A DNA stretch of 64,000 nt from an uncultured delta proteobacterium (GTDB lineage Bacteria; Myxococcota; UBA727; VGSZ01): assembly GCA_963775425.1 (NCBI GenBank), contig CAVZJB010000016.1, positions 512,001 through 576,000 of the forward strand, read 5' to 3'. The position numbers and the translations under genes were made by a program. The notes under the pieces were generated by a model. It was not told where the DNA came from and made no database searches. It saw nothing but the letters and a program-made list of their open reading frames with translations. How positions within the stretch are numbered: the stretch's first letter is position 1; each line of letters opens with the position of its first letter. Positions 10,402 through 20,686 of this stretch are shown here, one piece after another.

Positions 10402-11787
10402 TCAGCGGGCGATGCGATCGATGGCCCGGGCGAGATCGGAGGCGCTTCTCACCACGAAGATCGCATCGGCATGACGCGCGTACCGGACCATCTCCGAGTC
10501 GCCGAAGCCCCAGGTCCCGCGGTCCTCCGGAGACAGCCACAGCACCCGCCGCGAACGTCGACGGACCTCCCCGAGGATCCAGTCCTCCGGCGGCCGGTAA
10601 TTGCTGCGGCCGTCACCCAGGATCACGACCGTGGTCTTGCGGGTGAGCTGGCCGCCGCAGGCGTCCCAAAATGCCCTGAAGGCCCGCCCATAGTCCGAGT
10701 TCGCGCCGACGGGGACGACGTCGCCTCCGAGGATGGCCTCCACCGGGTCGCCGGCGCGCGAGGCAAACAGGGACGTCACCTCGCCGATGCGATCGACGAA
10801 GACGAACGAGCGCGCGCGCCGCAGGACGTCGGAGACGGCGCCCACGAGCTCGAGCATGAAGAGGCTCGCCTGGCGGACCGAGTCGCTCACGTCGCACAGG
10901 AGGATCACGTCGGGGCGCTCCGGGCGCTTGCGTTGCAGGTGCACGCGCATGGGGACCGCGTCGGTGGCGACGCTCGCGCGCAGGATGCGCCGGATGTCGA
11001 GGCGCCCGCGCCGCGACCGCCGCCGCCGGATCACGAGGCGGGCCTTGAGCTTCTCCGCGAGCCGCCGGACCAGCGCGCGCAGCTCCTCGACCTCCTCGGC
11101 CCGCACCGCGCGCAGGTCCCGATCGAGGAGCGATCCCTTGCGCGCGGGTCGGGCCACCGTGCGCTTGTCGTGCTCGAGCTCCACCGCGCGCCGGGCGGTG
11201 CGGCGCAGGCGCTCCTGCAGCTCCCACGCCGCCGACGCCAGCGCGCGATCGCGGGCGGCGTCGCCGGGCAGGAGGGCGGCGCGCGCGCGCATCAGCCGCT
11301 CCTCGACGCCGGTGTGGCCGAGCCGCGTGAGCACGCGCGACGTGAAGTACGCGATCTGCAGCGGGCTCTGCAGGCCCGACAGATCGCTCTCCTCGAGCGC
11401 CTCGCGCACGAGCTCGGTGAGGCGGGCGGCGTCGCCGGCGGCGAGGGCGCCGACGAGGTCCGCGCCCTCGAGCTCGCGGAGCACGGCGGCGATGTCCTCC
11501 TCGCCGAGCCCGCGCTCGCGCAACAGCGCGGCGAGGGGCTTGCCGGCGGCGGCGTCGAGGGCGAAGCCGAAGTGGAGGGCGAAGACCCGCTCGAGGATCT
11601 CCTCCTCGGCGGTCGACTTGGCGAGGGTGGCGGCGAAGACGGCGAGCGCCTGCTCACGACCCGCGAGCATGTCGCCGTCCGCGTCGAGGGCGAGCGCGCG
11701 GAAGCAATCGATGACCTCCTGCTCCGCCGCGCGCACGCCGTTTTTCCGCAGCGCCTCGCAGAAGCCGAGGATCCTCTCGACGCTCAC
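10402..11787 (-). CDS. CoxE-like VWA domain protein
   Basis: GRLDIRR, LLCDVSDS (MIDAS), SDYGRAF, ILGDGRSNY, WLSPE..WGFGDSEM. Confidence 0.88.
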   Translation of the reverse strand: MSVERILGFCEALRKNGVRAAEQEVIDCFRALALDADGDMLAGREQALAVFAATLAKSTAEEEILERVFALHFGFALDAAAGKPLAALLRERGLGEEDIAAVLRELEGADLVGALAAGDAARLTELVREALEESDLSGLQSPLQIAYFTSRVLTRLGHTGVEERLMRARAALLPGDAARDRALASAAWELQERLRRTARRAVELEHDKRTVARPARKGSLLDRDLRAVRAEEVEELRALVRRLAEKLKARLVIRRRRSRRGRLDIRRILRASVATDAVPMRVHLQRKRPERPDVILLCDVSDSVRQASLFMLELVGAVSDVLRRARSFVFVDRIGEVTSLFASRAGDPVEAILGGDVVPVGANSDYGRAFRAFWDACGGQLTRKTTVVILGDGRSNYRPPEDWILGEVRRRSRRVLWLSPEDRGTWGFGDSEMVRYARHADAIFVVRSASDLARAIDRIAR

Positions 11788-12092
11788 TCCTCTCCCGCCT
11801 CGAGATCGGGCGGGAGCCCGAGGTGGCGGGGACGCTTGTCCTCGAGCGCCACGCGCGTGACGCTGCTCAGGGGCAACACGATCCAGCGCATCTCCCCGCG
11901 CAGGTAGAGATCACTCTCGTCGGCGCCGATGAGGCGGCCGCGGTAGGTGAAGCCGTTGGCGCGCACGACGACGTCTTCGCCCTTCATGGCTTCGAGCGTG
12001 TACGGCCGCGCGTCGCCCGGCGGCTCGCGCCGCTCGACGACCACGGCGAAGCCCGCGGGCACGACCTCGTCGATGTCGTCGTCGTCGGGCAC
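11784..12092 (-). CDS. Small protein with possible Sm/LSM-like fold
   Basis: LEAMKGEDVVV..NGFTYRGRLIGAD..LYL pattern resembles the Sm1 motif. Confidence 0.5.
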   Translation of the reverse strand: MPDDDDIDEVVPAGFAVVVERREPPGDARPYTLEAMKGEDVVVRANGFTYRGRLIGADESDLYLRGEMRWIVLPLSSVTRVALEDKRPRHLGLPPDLEAGEE

Positions 12093-12101
12093 GCGTCGAG
12101 T

Positions 12102-12668
12102 CTAGCGCGCGCGGCTGCGCAGCAGCTCGCCGAGCAACGAGCGCGCGTCGTCGGCCATGCCGACGAGCTCGATGCCCATGCCCGCGCGTGCGTCCCTCAG
12201 GCCACCGAACGGGGTGACCCAACGAACGCGGCCGGAGAGGCGCAGGCGGCGGCCGTCCTCGAGCGGCAGGTGGAGCACGACGGGGTCGCCGACGTCGAGC
12301 GGTCGCGCGGTCTCGATGAAGACCCCGTGCATCGACGCGTCGCGCACGCGGTCGCCCGCGTCGAGCCCGAAGAAGCCGCTGAGCTGCACCGGCGCGTCGA
12401 CGGGGACGCGGGGGTCGCGCCGGGCGATGGGGTACTCCCCGAGGTCGTCGTCGGCGTCGAGGTCGATCTCGATGGCCTCGACCTCGGACACGTCCTCGGG
12501 CACAGCCGGAGGCTGCGGCGCTGCCGCTGCCTGCGGCGCTGCCTCAGCCTGCGGCGCTGCCTCAGCCTGCGGCGCTGCTTCAGCCTGCGGCGCCGCTTCA
12601 GCCTGCGACGACGGGGCGCCCGCGGTGTGCGCAGCCCTCAGGCGCGCCTTCTTCTTCCTCCCGGCCAT
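12102..12668 (-). CDS. PilZ domain protein
   Basis: RRDPR (RxxxR), DASMHG (DxSxxG), GRVRW, GMGIEL. Confidence 0.88.
   Translation of the reverse strand: MAGRKKKARLRAAHTAGAPSSQAEAAPQAEAAPQAEAAPQAEAAPQAAAAPQPPAVPEDVSEVEAIEIDLDADDDLGEYPIARRDPRVPVDAPVQLSGFFGLDAGDRVRDASMHGVFIETARPLDVGDPVVLHLPLEDGRRLRLSGRVRWVTPFGGLRDARAGMGIELVGMADDARSLLGELLRSRAR
12511..12607. repeat. 18-bp tandem repeat (~5 copies) encoding (QAEAAP)n
   Basis: Unit gcctgcggcgctgcctca inside the PilZ gene. Confidence 0.85.
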
Positions 12669-12732
12669 CGCCCCCGTGTACCCGCGCGTTTGTTGGCCTC
12701 AAAGGGGGCGTTCCCAGTAGAGTCGTTCGCGC

Positions 12733-13191
12733 ATGGATGATGTGTTTGCGTTCCTCAAGGCGAACCCGCTTCTGCGCGGCTTCTCCGATGACGGTGTGCG
12801 CATCATCCAGGCCGTGGCGGCTCCCCGCCAGCTCGAAGACGGCATGCCCATCTTCGTCGAGCGCATGATGGGCGAGAGCGCGTTCCTCCTGTGCCACGGG
12901 GAGGTCACCCTCCACGCCACCCGGCAAAACGTCGAGCGCGAGATCGGCATCCTCACCGCGCCCGACTCCTTCGGCGAGCTCTCGCTTCTGCAGCCCGGCC
13001 CCCGCCGCGTCACCGCCAAGGCGCGCGGCACCGTCCTCCTCCTCGAGATCCCCCGCCGCGACTTCGGCCGCCTTCAGCAGCAGCGGCCGCAGGCCTGCCT
13101 CAAGTTCACGGTGAACATCACCGAGTCGTTCGCCCAGAAGAGCCTCGCCGCCGCCGGCGTCCTCGAGCGCCTGGTCGAGCTCACGTCCTGA
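12733..13191 (+). CDS. Stand-alone cyclic-nucleotide-binding domain protein
   Basis: SFGELSLLQPGPRRVTA motif. Confidence 0.85.
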   Translation: MDDVFAFLKANPLLRGFSDDGVRIIQAVAAPRQLEDGMPIFVERMMGESAFLLCHGEVTLHATRQNVEREIGILTAPDSFGELSLLQPGPRRVTAKARGTVLLLEIPRRDFGRLQQQRPQACLKFTVNITESFAQKSLAAAGVLERLVELTS

Positions 13192-13206
13192 GCCGGCGGG
13201 AGCGCG

Positions 13207-14475
13207 TCACTCCACCGGCACCACGAACGGCGAGCTGCGCAGCACCTCACCCTGCCCGTCCGTGAGCGTCGTGTCGTCCTGCGCCGCGAAGTACATCAGG
13301 TTGTTGCGCGCGCTGTCGTCGTCGGGCGTGTCGGTGATGCTGTCGACGACGGGGTTGGCGCCGAACACGTTCGACTCCTTCGTGTGGTAGAGCCCGAGGA
13401 AGTGCCCCATCTCGTGGGCCATCACCACGCCCAGCGCCCGCGCGTCACCGCCGGCGAAGCTCGTGGCCACCGCCACGCCGGAGTGCCGCGAGCCGTGCAC
13501 CAGCGGCAAGCCGGGGATGCCCGCCGCGATGCCGCCGATGGCGGAGCCGACGTCGGCGCCGTTCACCACGCAGTGGAAGGTGTCGATGAAGAACAGGTCG
13601 ACGCCGCGCTCGTCGCCGGCGCCGGCGCCCACCACGGAGTCGAGGTCGCCGCCCTCGCAGCGGTTGTCGAGCAGGTTGACGCTCGCGAGGCCCGAATCGA
13701 TGTCCTTGAGCCGCACCGTGCCGATGTCGATGCCGACCTGGCCGTACGCCTCGCGCACGACGTCGAGCGCGCCCTGGACCAGCGCGTTGTTCGGCGCGTT
13801 GTCCGCCGTGATGCCGCCGGTGAAGTGCACGTTCAGATCGAGGACGCCGTGCGCCGGCGCCCTCCCCTTCACGAGCAACACGACGCGCACCGGTCAATCC
13901 ACCGGCGCCTTCCGCGGCGGCTGCGCGAGCACGTTCACGCTGTACTGGCCCACCCGCAGCGTCCAGCGGCCCGACAGCGGCTCGATGTCGGGCGTGTTCG
14001 GCAACAGGAACGCCCCGGAGCCCTCGGAGCCGAGCACGCGGTTGATCGAGTACACCTGCGCGGGGAAGCCGCGCGCGAAGGAGAGGTGCGCGGCGTCGAG
14101 CTGCGGCGGATCCTCGTCGCTGACGACGGCGGCGCCGTCGGGGTCCTCCGCGCGCTCGAGGATCACCGTGTCGCCCGGGTGCCCGTACACGAGGACGGTC
14201 ATGGCCCCGAGGCCGCTGACGTCGACGAAGATGTCGCCGCTGTGCCCGTCTTTGATGCCGAGCACGCCGAGGTCGATGACCTGCACGCCGTCGGGCACGT
14301 CCGTCGGCAGCAGCGCCTCCACGTCGGGCGCGTCGCCGGGGTCGGCGGCGGGGGCGTCGGCGGCCACCGACGCGCTCACGTCGAGCGGCTGGTGCTCGGG
14401 CGGGTTGTCCGGCGGCGGCGTGGGACAGCCGAAGAGCGCGACGGTGCACACGACGAGGACCGCAGCGGCGCGCAT
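13207..14475 (-). pseudogene. Metzincin (M43/pappalysin-like) metalloprotease lipoprotein interrupted by an in-frame TGA at 13894-13896
   Basis: Lipobox LFGC at the N-terminus; ...GTG GAT TGA CCG GTG CGC... is in frame; the downstream part has HEMGHFLGLYH and an NLM Met-turn. Confidence 0.7.
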
Positions 14476-14521
14476 CCGGCGATAGTGCCACGCGGGCGCC
14501 GCCGTCGCCACCGGACGGCCG

Positions 14522-14860
14522 CTACATGTGCGCGGCGAGCGCCGCGGCCGCCCGCGGGATGTCGAAGCGCACCGCGCCGTCGCGGGAGCGCGCCGCGAGG
14601 CACAAGAGGTAATAGCCGCTGTCCACCGTGGCGATCCACACCGCGCGCCCGTCGAACAGCACGCGCACGGCGCAGCCCTCGGGGATGGACGGCGCCACGG
14701 CGGCGCAAGCGGCGCCCATGAGGTCGAGGTCGTACGGGTCGACGCCGTCGAGGGCGAAGCTGTCGACGCGCTCGCCCTCCTCGTCGCAAAAGATCGCGGC
14801 ACACAACGCCGGCGCGTGCGTCTCCACGAGCGTCGCAAGGATCGCGCGAAACGGCAGCAC
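14522..14860 (-). CDS. Roadblock/LC7 (MglB-like) small protein
   Basis: PFRAILATLVE..AAIFCDEEGERVD...YYLL..GAVRF pattern. Start approximate. Confidence 0.65.
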   Translation of the reverse strand: MLPFRAILATLVETHAPALCAAIFCDEEGERVDSFALDGVDPYDLDLMGAACAAVAPSIPEGCAVRVLFDGRAVWIATVDSGYYLLCLAARSRDGAVRFDIPRAAAALAAHM

Positions 14861-14905
14861 CCGGCCGTTTTCGCACATCCCCGCCCGGAGGGAGCGGGCG
14901 CTGCG

Positions 14906-16873
14906 CTACGTGCGGGGCCGCAGGAACGGGCGCGCCCGCCGGGCGACGCTCGCCGGGTCCGTCATCGGCGGCGAGCAGAACGACGCGCCGCACAGGTAGA
15001 GCGCGGGCTTGCCGAGGTCCGGGAACTTTGCGCCCGGCGCCACCGTCTCGATGAGGCGGTGGGGCGCGTAGACGTCGAGCGCGGCGCGGTACAGCGCGCG
15101 GCTCGCGGCGTCGCCGGCGTGGGCGGTGACGACGGCGAAGTGCAGCGGCTCCGCCCGCGCCTCCTCCAGCGCCAACACATACGGCCCGATCATGCGCCCC
15201 TCCTCGCGCACCGCCGGCTCGTCCGCGAACGCGGCGAGGATCTGCGCGGCGGCGCCCTCGAGCGCGGCGTCGTCGTCAAGGCGCCCGAGCTTTTGCAGGA
15301 AGCGCGCGGCCTCGGCGTTGGCGCGAAGCGGCCGGCGCGCGTCGAGGTCGAACACGCTGTCGTCGCGCGCGTGCTCGAGGAGGGCACCGCCTTCGCCGTC
15401 GCGCAGCCGCAGCAACGCCTTGGCGACGGCGCGGGCCTCTACGCGGAAGCGCGCGTCGCCGGTGGCCTCGTACAGCGCGAGCGCGGCCCGCGCCATGGCG
15501 ACGTCGTCCGCGAGGTGCTCCAACGGCCGGCCGGCGTCGTGCAGGAAGCCGCCGTCGTGGCGATGGGTGGCGCAGACGGCGTCGAAGGCGCGCGTTGCGT
15601 CGGCGACGACGGCGTCGTCGTGGACCGCGGCGCCGAAGCGGGCCATGCCGGTGATGATGCGCCCGTTGTGCGACGCGTAGACGTGGCGATCGACGAACGG
15701 GGCGCCGGCCTTGTCGCGGTCGGCGCGGGACAACGCGTACCAGCTCTTCCCCACCACGAACGGCCGATCGCCGCGGGTGCCGACGTCGGCGTCCTGGTTC
15801 GCGTAGAACGCCCCCGACGGCGCCCGCAGCGTGGTGGTGAGGTAGCGGTGGATGAGGCGGCCGGCGGCCTCGAAGCGCGCGGCCGCGGCGTCGTCGCCGG
15901 CGGCGCGGGCGGCGCGGACGGCGAGGGCGAAGGTGCCGAGCGCGTCGCCGTTTATCGCCGCGAGCTTCTCGTAGTGGGGCGCGGTCCACACGCCGTCCAG
16001 CGAGTACTGGAACATGCCGCCGTCGACGGGGTCGACCAGCGCCCGCTCGCGATCGACCGTGAACAACGCGCGATCGCGCGCGCCGTTGTCGCCGGTGAGG
16101 AACGCGCGCAACAGCGCCTCCTCCGGCGGCGCGTACAGCGGGTACTTCTGCACGCGGCCCCAGCCGCCCTGGGCCTCGTCGTAGACCGCGTCGAGCTGCT
16201 CGCGCGCGAACGCTTCGGTGGCGGCGAGGCGGTCGGCGCCCGCGGCGCCGCCGGCGGTCGGCGCGGCGCCCGCGGCGACGGAGGCCCGCGGGCCGGCGAC
16301 GCTGGCGCGCGAGAGGTGCTCTCCCGCGTCGATCTTGTCGACGAGCGAGCGCAGGAGCGCGAGGAACGCGGTCTTTTCCTGGTAGCCGCGCAGCTCCGTG
16401 ATGGGCGCGCCGTCGGGGCCGAGGAGCGCGATGGCGGGCCAGCCCCAGTCGGCGTAGCGCTCGGCGAGGTCGGGGCGCGCGTCGGCGTCCTCGCGCACGG
16501 CGACGAAGCGGTCGGCGACCAGCGCGCGCACGGCCGGATCCGACCAGGTCTCGTCGTCCATCACGTGGCACCAGTGGCACCACTCGGTGGCGACGGTGAC
16601 GACGATGATCTTGTGGTCGGCCCGCGCCTCGTCGAAGCTCGCGCGGTCCCAGTGCCGCCACGCGATCGCGGCGACCGCGGCGTGGCGCGCGCCCGCCGCG
16701 TCGTGGGCGGCGCCGCCGCGGGGCGCGCTTTGGACGCGCGCGCGCGGGGATGCGCAGCCCGCGACGACAACACAGACCGCGACACACGCGCCGACACACG
16801 CGGCGACAGAGACGACGACAGAGACGACGCCGCCGGTGATGCGGCGGAGGGCGAAGGACCGAGGCGCGTGCAT
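14906..16873 (-). CDS. DUF255/YyaL-like thioredoxin plus alpha/alpha-toroid protein (probable lipoprotein)
   Basis: WCHWCHVMD, DADARPDL, GWP, DPVDGG, PHYEKL, GAFYANQDAD. Confidence 0.88.
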   Translation of the reverse strand: MHAPRSFALRRITGGVVSVVVSVAACVGACVAVCVVVAGCASPRARVQSAPRGGAAHDAAGARHAAVAAIAWRHWDRASFDEARADHKIIVVTVATEWCHWCHVMDDETWSDPAVRALVADRFVAVREDADARPDLAERYADWGWPAIALLGPDGAPITELRGYQEKTAFLALLRSLVDKIDAGEHLSRASVAGPRASVAAGAAPTAGGAAGADRLAATEAFAREQLDAVYDEAQGGWGRVQKYPLYAPPEEALLRAFLTGDNGARDRALFTVDRERALVDPVDGGMFQYSLDGVWTAPHYEKLAAINGDALGTFALAVRAARAAGDDAAAARFEAAGRLIHRYLTTTLRAPSGAFYANQDADVGTRGDRPFVVGKSWYALSRADRDKAGAPFVDRHVYASHNGRIITGMARFGAAVHDDAVVADATRAFDAVCATHRHDGGFLHDAGRPLEHLADDVAMARAALALYEATGDARFRVEARAVAKALLRLRDGEGGALLEHARDDSVFDLDARRPLRANAEAARFLQKLGRLDDDAALEGAAAQILAAFADEPAVREEGRMIGPYVLALEEARAEPLHFAVVTAHAGDAASRALYRAALDVYAPHRLIETVAPGAKFPDLGKPALYLCGASFCSPPMTDPASVARRARPFLRPRT

Positions 16874-16997
16874 CGTCCACAGATACGCCCGAAGACGCGC
16901 GTCCGACCGTCGACGCTCTGCGTCGAGATCACCCCGTTGATTCGGCGCGCCATGATGTAGGCCTGCGTGATACATACGCGTGAAGGTCGCATACCCG

Positions 16998-18383
16998 ATG
17001 TCGCGTTCAGACCGCCCCGAGCCCTTCCGCGCCATGATCGAGCAGGCGCTCGAGGCGGAGGCTCCGCGCCCGCCGCAGGCGGCCCGTGCGGTGGCGGCGC
17101 CGCCGCGACGGCTGGACGCCGCGCTCGATCGTCGGCTCGACCAGGTCGCGCTCGCGGGCGTCACCCCTGCCCACGGCATGCGCGCCCGCCGCGAGCTGCC
17201 CGCCGCCGTGTCCTCACCGCCGCCGCTCGTGCATGCCCCCGCAGACGCCCTCGCCTCCGAGATGCAGGCCCAGACCAAGAAGATCGATCGGGGAAACGCG
17301 CTCGACGCGATGATCCTCGACGCCATGGCCGCCGCGGAGGCCACCCGCGAGATGCCGCCGCAGTCGCTGCCGGAGCCGCCCAGGCCGCCGCCCAAGCTCG
17401 TCGCCATGCCGGAGCTTTCGGACCCCGCGCGCTTCGCCCATGACCACGCGCCGCGGCCGGTGACGCTCACGGGGAAAAAGCCGCTGCCGCGTCCGCCCCC
17501 CCTGCCCCCGCGCCCCAGGCCGAAGCCGGTGGCCATCGCGCCGGTGCCGAAGCTGATGACCGTCCTCGACGAGGTCACCATGCCGGGGTCGTCGTCGTCG
17601 TCGAGCGGCAGGCTCCGCAGCAGCGACATGTACCGCCTGCAGCTCGAGTTCGAGGACACGCCGGCGCGTCCCCTGCCGGCGCTCGCGTCCCTCGTGCCGA
17701 TGCCCGTCGTCAACGCCGGCGCGCCCCCGCCCGGGGAGTCGCCCGGGCTCGCCGACCCGATCGAAGAAGGCGGCTTTCACCGGTCGCCTTTCGGGCTCGA
17801 CGGCGTCGAGAGCACCGACCTGAACGACCTCGAGCAGCTCGAGGGCATCCAGGACCTCGACGCTCTCGCGCACGCCCTCGGCCTGCGCAGCGTCGTCGAC
17901 GTCTCCATCCCCTCCGATGAGGGGAAGCCCGTCGTCGATGACTACGCCATCCCCAAGAACGTCAGCGCCATTCGCCGCGCCGCCGTCCTCAAAGCGCTCG
18001 GCGAGGACGAAGGCGAGGCGCTCCCCGTCGAGCGGCCCAAGCTCAAGGCCCGCGGCGCCGCCGCCGTGCCCGTCATCGTGCGCATCCCGTCGCGGCCGAA
18101 GGTCACGGTCGTCGCGCGTGAGCGCGCGCGCAAGCTCTACATGAAGGCGGTCGATGCGCTCGGCGCCGGCGACCGCGCCGCGGCTGTCAGCCACCTGAAG
18201 CTCGCCATCGACTACGACGACGGCGTGCAGCTCTACAAAGACCTCCTCGTGCAGCTCGAGCGCACCACCCGCTCGGGCGAGGCCGTCACCACCGAGGAGA
18301 GCGCGCCCGCGCTCATGGTGATGAAGTCGTCGGGCCGGCTCACCCCCGCCCGCGCCGAGTGGCAGAGCGACCCGCAGCGCTGA
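16998..18383 (+). CDS. Pro-rich hypothetical protein with C-terminal TPR-like helices
   Basis: Long ORF with GC3-type codon usage; ARKLYMKA..AVSHLKLAIDYD. Confidence 0.65.
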   Translation: MSRSDRPEPFRAMIEQALEAEAPRPPQAARAVAAPPRRLDAALDRRLDQVALAGVTPAHGMRARRELPAAVSSPPPLVHAPADALASEMQAQTKKIDRGNALDAMILDAMAAAEATREMPPQSLPEPPRPPPKLVAMPELSDPARFAHDHAPRPVTLTGKKPLPRPPPLPPRPRPKPVAIAPVPKLMTVLDEVTMPGSSSSSSGRLRSSDMYRLQLEFEDTPARPLPALASLVPMPVVNAGAPPPGESPGLADPIEEGGFHRSPFGLDGVESTDLNDLEQLEGIQDLDALAHALGLRSVVDVSIPSDEGKPVVDDYAIPKNVSAIRRAAVLKALGEDEGEALPVERPKLKARGAAAVPVIVRIPSRPKVTVVARERARKLYMKAVDALGAGDRAAAVSHLKLAIDYDDGVQLYKDLLVQLERTTRSGEAVTTEESAPALMVMKSSGRLTPARAEWQSDPQR

Positions 18384-18392
18384 CGACAGGAT

Positions 18393-19688
18393 CTACGAAA
18401 GCACGCGCGCGAAGATGGTGTCGACGTGCTGCAGCTGCGACTCCAGCGAGCACAGCGCGTCGATGGCGGCGTCGTCGAGATGCTTCTTCACGTCCGGGTC
18501 CGCCTTCAGACGGTCGCGGAACGAGCCGCCGCCGAGCGCGCAGCGCTGGACCCAACCGTAGGCCTCCTGGCGCATGACGCCCTTTTCGACGAGGGCCAAC
18601 AACACCCCGCCGGAGGAGACGAGGTCGCCGGCGGCGTCGAGGTTCCGCTTCATTGCGTCGACGTCGACGACGAGACCCTCGAGCATCCCGCCCATGCGCC
18701 GCAGCGCGAAGTGCAGCACCGTGGTGGCGTCGGGCGCGATCACGCGCTCCACCGACGAGTGCGAGATGTCGCGCTCGTGCCACAAGACGATGTCTTCGAG
18801 GCCGGCGCCCGCGTACGCGCGCAGGAGGCGCGCGAGGCCGGTGACGTTCTCGCTCAAGATGGGGTTCTTCTTGTGCGGCATCGCCGAGCTGCCGCGCTGC
18901 CCCTTGCCGAAAGGCTCGAAGGCCTCGCGCACCTCGGTGCGCTGCAGGTGCCGCACCTCGACGGCGATGCGCTCGATGCCGCCACCGATGACGGCGAGCG
19001 TCGAAAAGAGCATCGCGTGCCGGTCGCGCGGCACCACCTGCGTGGCGACGGGCTCCACGCGCAGGCCCAGGGCGTCGACCGTGTGCCGTTCGATCTCGGG
19101 CGGGATGTTGCCGTAGTTGCCGACCGCGCCGGAGAGCTTGCCGGAGCGCACCTCGTCGAGCGCCGCCACCAGGCGCGCGCGGCCGCGCGAGAGCTCCGCG
19201 TAGAAGCCGAGGAGCTTGAGGCCGAACGTGGTGGGCTCGGCGGCCTGGCCGTGCGTGCGCCCGAGGCACGGCGTCTTCTTGTGCTCTCGCGCTCGCGCCG
19301 CGAGCGTCCCGAGGAGGGCGTCGAGGGCGACGAGCAGCTCGCGCCCGGCCTCCTGCAGCAGCAGCGCGAAGGCGGTGTCGACGACGTCCGACGACGTCAT
19401 GCCGAAGTGCAGGTGGCGCGCGTCCTCACCGAGGACCTCTTCGCACGCGCTGAGAAACGCGATGACGTCGTGCTGCGTGGTTCGCTCGATCTCCGCCGCG
19501 CGCGCCGCGAGGCCTTCGTAGTCCACCGCTGCCGCGCGTTGGTGCAGGCGCGCGGACGTGCCCGCCGGCACCAGCCCGCGCGCCTCCCACGCGGCGGCGC
19601 TGGCGATCTCGACGCGCAGCCACGCCTCGAAGCGGTGCGCGTCGGACCAGATGCGGGCCATCTCCGGGGTGGTGTATCGCGGGATCAT
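18393..19688 (-). CDS. purB: Adenylosuccinate lyase
   Basis: MIPRYT, HDVIAF, TSSDVVD, GRTHG, GSSAMPHKKNP signature, WHERDISHSSVER. Confidence 0.97.
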   Translation of the reverse strand: MIPRYTTPEMARIWSDAHRFEAWLRVEIASAAAWEARGLVPAGTSARLHQRAAAVDYEGLAARAAEIERTTQHDVIAFLSACEEVLGEDARHLHFGMTSSDVVDTAFALLLQEAGRELLVALDALLGTLAARAREHKKTPCLGRTHGQAAEPTTFGLKLLGFYAELSRGRARLVAALDEVRSGKLSGAVGNYGNIPPEIERHTVDALGLRVEPVATQVVPRDRHAMLFSTLAVIGGGIERIAVEVRHLQRTEVREAFEPFGKGQRGSSAMPHKKNPILSENVTGLARLLRAYAGAGLEDIVLWHERDISHSSVERVIAPDATTVLHFALRRMGGMLEGLVVDVDAMKRNLDAAGDLVSSGGVLLALVEKGVMRQEAYGWVQRCALGGGSFRDRLKADPDVKKHLDDAAIDALCSLESQLQHVDTIFARVLS

Positions 19689-20632
19689 CGTCGCCTCGTG
19701 GTTGTCGTTGTCGTCGCCGCCACGGGGGACGACGCCGCAAAGAGCGAGAGCTGTCGCTCGAGCGCCGCGTGCCTGCGGCCTGCGCCAGGAGCGGACGCGG
19801 GCTCGTCGTGGGGGGCGCGGGGGCTCGTCCCCTGCGGCGCGCTCTGCGGTGCCGCCGGCCGGCGGGCGCGATGCGGGCGCAGCCAGTCGGTGGGGTGGTG
19901 CTGCGGGGCGATGGACACCTCGACGTCGCAGCCGTCGACGACGGGGCGGGCGGCGCCGAGCGCGAGCGTCGGGGTGTTGTTGACCTCGGAGAGGTGCCCG
20001 AGGAGCACGCGCGAGAGCCCGTTGTGCATGGCCATCGCGAGCAGCCGCGCGCCGTCCTCGTTGGAGAGGTGTCCGCGCGCGGACGCGACGCGGCGTTTGA
20101 GCGACTCGGGGTACGGGCCCTTGCGCAACATGGGCTCGTCGTAGTTGTGCTCGAGCAGGAAGGCGTCGCACGTGGCGAGGGCGGCGGCGACGCGCTCCGA
20201 GGGCACCCCGAGATCGGTGCAGACGCCGACGCGCTCCATGCCGTCGTCGACGACGAAGCAGACCGAACCGGGCGCGTCATGGGGCGTGGCGACGGGGAGC
20301 ACCTCGAGCCCACCGACCTTGAAGCGCTGTTGGCTGGCGATGGGGACGTGGTTTTTCAGCCCGCCGAAGCCCGCGCAGAAGCGCTTGGTCTCCTCGGTGG
20401 CGTACGTCGGGATGCCGAGGGCGCCCGCGATCTGCTTGGCGCCCTTCATGTGGTCGCCGTGGCCGTGGGTGAGCAGGATGCCGTCGAGCGCGCGCAGCTC
20501 GATGCCGAGGTGCTGAAGCCGGCGGCGGGTCTCGCGCGGGCTGTAGCCGGCGTCGATGAGGACGGTGACGCCGCCGCCCTCGACGACGAGAGCGTTCCCC
20601 TTGCTGCCGCTGCCGAGGACGGAGAAGCGCAC
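19685..20632 (-). CDS. MBL-fold hydrolase, YycJ/WalJ-like
   Basis: LGSGSKGNA, THGHGDH, PHDA, EHNYD, GHLSN, HLSEVNN. Confidence 0.9.
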   Translation of the reverse strand: MRFSVLGSGSKGNALVVEGGGVTVLIDAGYSPRETRRRLQHLGIELRALDGILLTHGHGDHMKGAKQIAGALGIPTYATEETKRFCAGFGGLKNHVPIASQQRFKVGGLEVLPVATPHDAPGSVCFVVDDGMERVGVCTDLGVPSERVAAALATCDAFLLEHNYDEPMLRKGPYPESLKRRVASARGHLSNEDGARLLAMAMHNGLSRVLLGHLSEVNNTPTLALGAARPVVDGCDVEVSIAPQHHPTDWLRPHRARRPAAPQSAPQGTSPRAPHDEPASAPGAGRRHAALERQLSLFAASSPVAATTTTTTRRR

Positions 20633-20686
20633 GCCGCTACCTACCACACCGCGATCGCGCGCGCGCCCTGTGTGCGCGCGGTCAGG

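Noticed and set aside
13894-13896. Selenocysteine codon
   Set aside because: The position is in a linker, not a redox motif; I could not identify a convincing SECIS; CGA-to-TGA is simpler.
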